From NCBI GenBank assembly GCA_963820555.1, contig CAWGAT010000047.1, positions 33,982 to 97,981 on the forward strand: a DNA stretch of 64,000 nt, given 5' to 3'. The stretch's first letter is position 1, and each line of letters begins with the position of its first letter. Shown here in pieces: positions 63,318-64,000 of the stretch. The DNA is from Candidatus Bathyarchaeota archaeon. Its GTDB lineage: Archaea > Thermoproteota > Bathyarchaeia > TCS64. The position numbers and the translations under genes are program-made. The notes below the pieces were generated by a model. The model saw nothing but the letters and a program-made list of their open reading frames with translations, ran no database searches and had not been told where the DNA came from.

Positions 63318-63685
63318 GTTGCGGCCGCCCCGGTCTCCCCCTCTTTTTTCGTCAAGCCCTCCTCAAGTACATGTAGCAGCAGGGGTGTGAGGTCGTCGAT
63401 GGTCTCCTCCTTCTCCGCGTAGTAGAGTTTCTCCAGCGCCTTGAGCAGGGCGTTCACGGTCGTGAGGTACGGCCTGATCACACCCTTCATCTTCACCTCG
63501 AGGTACTCGTGAACCAGGGTCTCGAATGCGGCGTCCCGGTCTCCGTCGTGGACGACTATGACCCTGGTGTCGGGGTAGGCGGTGCCCCGCTCCTCCGCCG
63601 AGCTGCTGGGGCTCCACACGACGGTCCAGTCCCTCAGTCCCAGGCGCCTCAGGGCATCGTTCAACTCCTCTTCCGTGCCCGTCAT
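63314..63685 (-). CDS. Metallopeptidase-like hypothetical protein (HExxE)
   Basis: ERG…I.VHD…TLVHEYLE. Confidence 0.6.
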   Translation of the reverse strand: MTGTEEELNDALRRLGLRDWTVVWSPSSSAEERGTAYPDTRVIVVHDGDRDAAFETLVHEYLEVKMKGVIRPYLTTVNALLKALEKLYYAEKEETIDDLTPLLLHVLEEGLTKKEGETGAAAT

Positions 63686-63843
63686 GGATCCGCCTCCTCC
63701 TCGGCCTCCTCGGGGTCGCCGCGGTCCTGGACGAGCTCCTCGAGGCGGTGGTGGACGACCCCCATCACGGGGCCCACCTCCTCGGCGTTGAGGCGGTGCC
63801 TCCGATCGGAGAAATGGACCATATCTTCCTCCCTAGGCTTCAT
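63682..63843 (-). CDS. 53-aa hypothetical protein
   Basis: Manual translation MKPREEDMVHF…EEEADP*, ATGA overlaps on both sides. Confidence 0.5.
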   Translation of the reverse strand: MKPREEDMVHFSDRRHRLNAEEVGPVMGVVHHRLEELVQDRGDPEEAEEEADP

Positions 63844-64000
63844 GGCCTCGCCTCCCCCGAGAGCTTCCCGGCCATCTCCAGCAACAGGTAGCGGTGACAG
63901 GGGGCACCTTCTCCCAGCAGATCAGCCAGACGTCCCGGGTCCTGGCCAGGTCTATGATGTGGCGGAGGGCAGCCACGGCCTCGGCAGAGCCTAGGATCTC
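63840..64000 (-). CDS. 3' part of a DUF488-like protein
   Basis: VWLICWEK…CHRYLL (with one frameshift). Confidence 0.65.
   Translation of the reverse strand, partial: DPRLCRGRGCPPPHHRPGQDPGRLADLLGEGAPCHRYLLLEMAGKLSGEARP

Larger units (their letters stand above)
61939..64000. mobile_element. Left end of an integrated element (probable provirus) at tRNA-Ala, extends beyond the window
   Basis: Integrase starts 53 bp after the tRNA, followed by convergent, tightly overlapping small genes. Confidence 0.8.

Noticed and set aside
1240..63994. Many long antisense or alternate-frame ORFs in the track
   Set aside because: Shadows of GC3-rich genes with no independent motifs

Overview
Archaeal chromosomal segment, most likely Bathyarchaeia or another TACK lineage (inferred from the histone, PolB1-type polymerase, aCPSF1, egsA, DGGR, S17e and two proteasome beta paralogs). 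Many essential genes carry single-base frameshifts, most simply explained as long-read assembly errors. The housekeeping backbone is interrupted by: (1) an intact IS701-type element at 1022-2303; (2) a decayed defence and accessory region at about 9.8-16 kb (IS5-family element, MNT with a stub of its HEPN partner, Mrr N-terminal remnant, AT-rich membrane genes); (3) a headless tailed-virus tail module at 16.2-22.9 kb with a G/GT slippery site, a very short tape measure protein and an ABC-ATPase/GNAT fusion; (4) the most unusual part, a 4.8-kb island at 45.2-50.0 kb with no integrase. It has four att-like sites sharing a CCTCATC core in attL/attP/attP/attR arrangement, plus six copies of a second 24-bp motif that separate single-gene modules, and it carries an unannotated, highly structured RNA candidate of about 200 nt with a promoter-like upstream sequence; (5) the left end of an integrated element at tRNA-Ala(CGC) with a tyrosine integrase, running off the window. 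All family assignments are from motif recognition by eye, not database searches.
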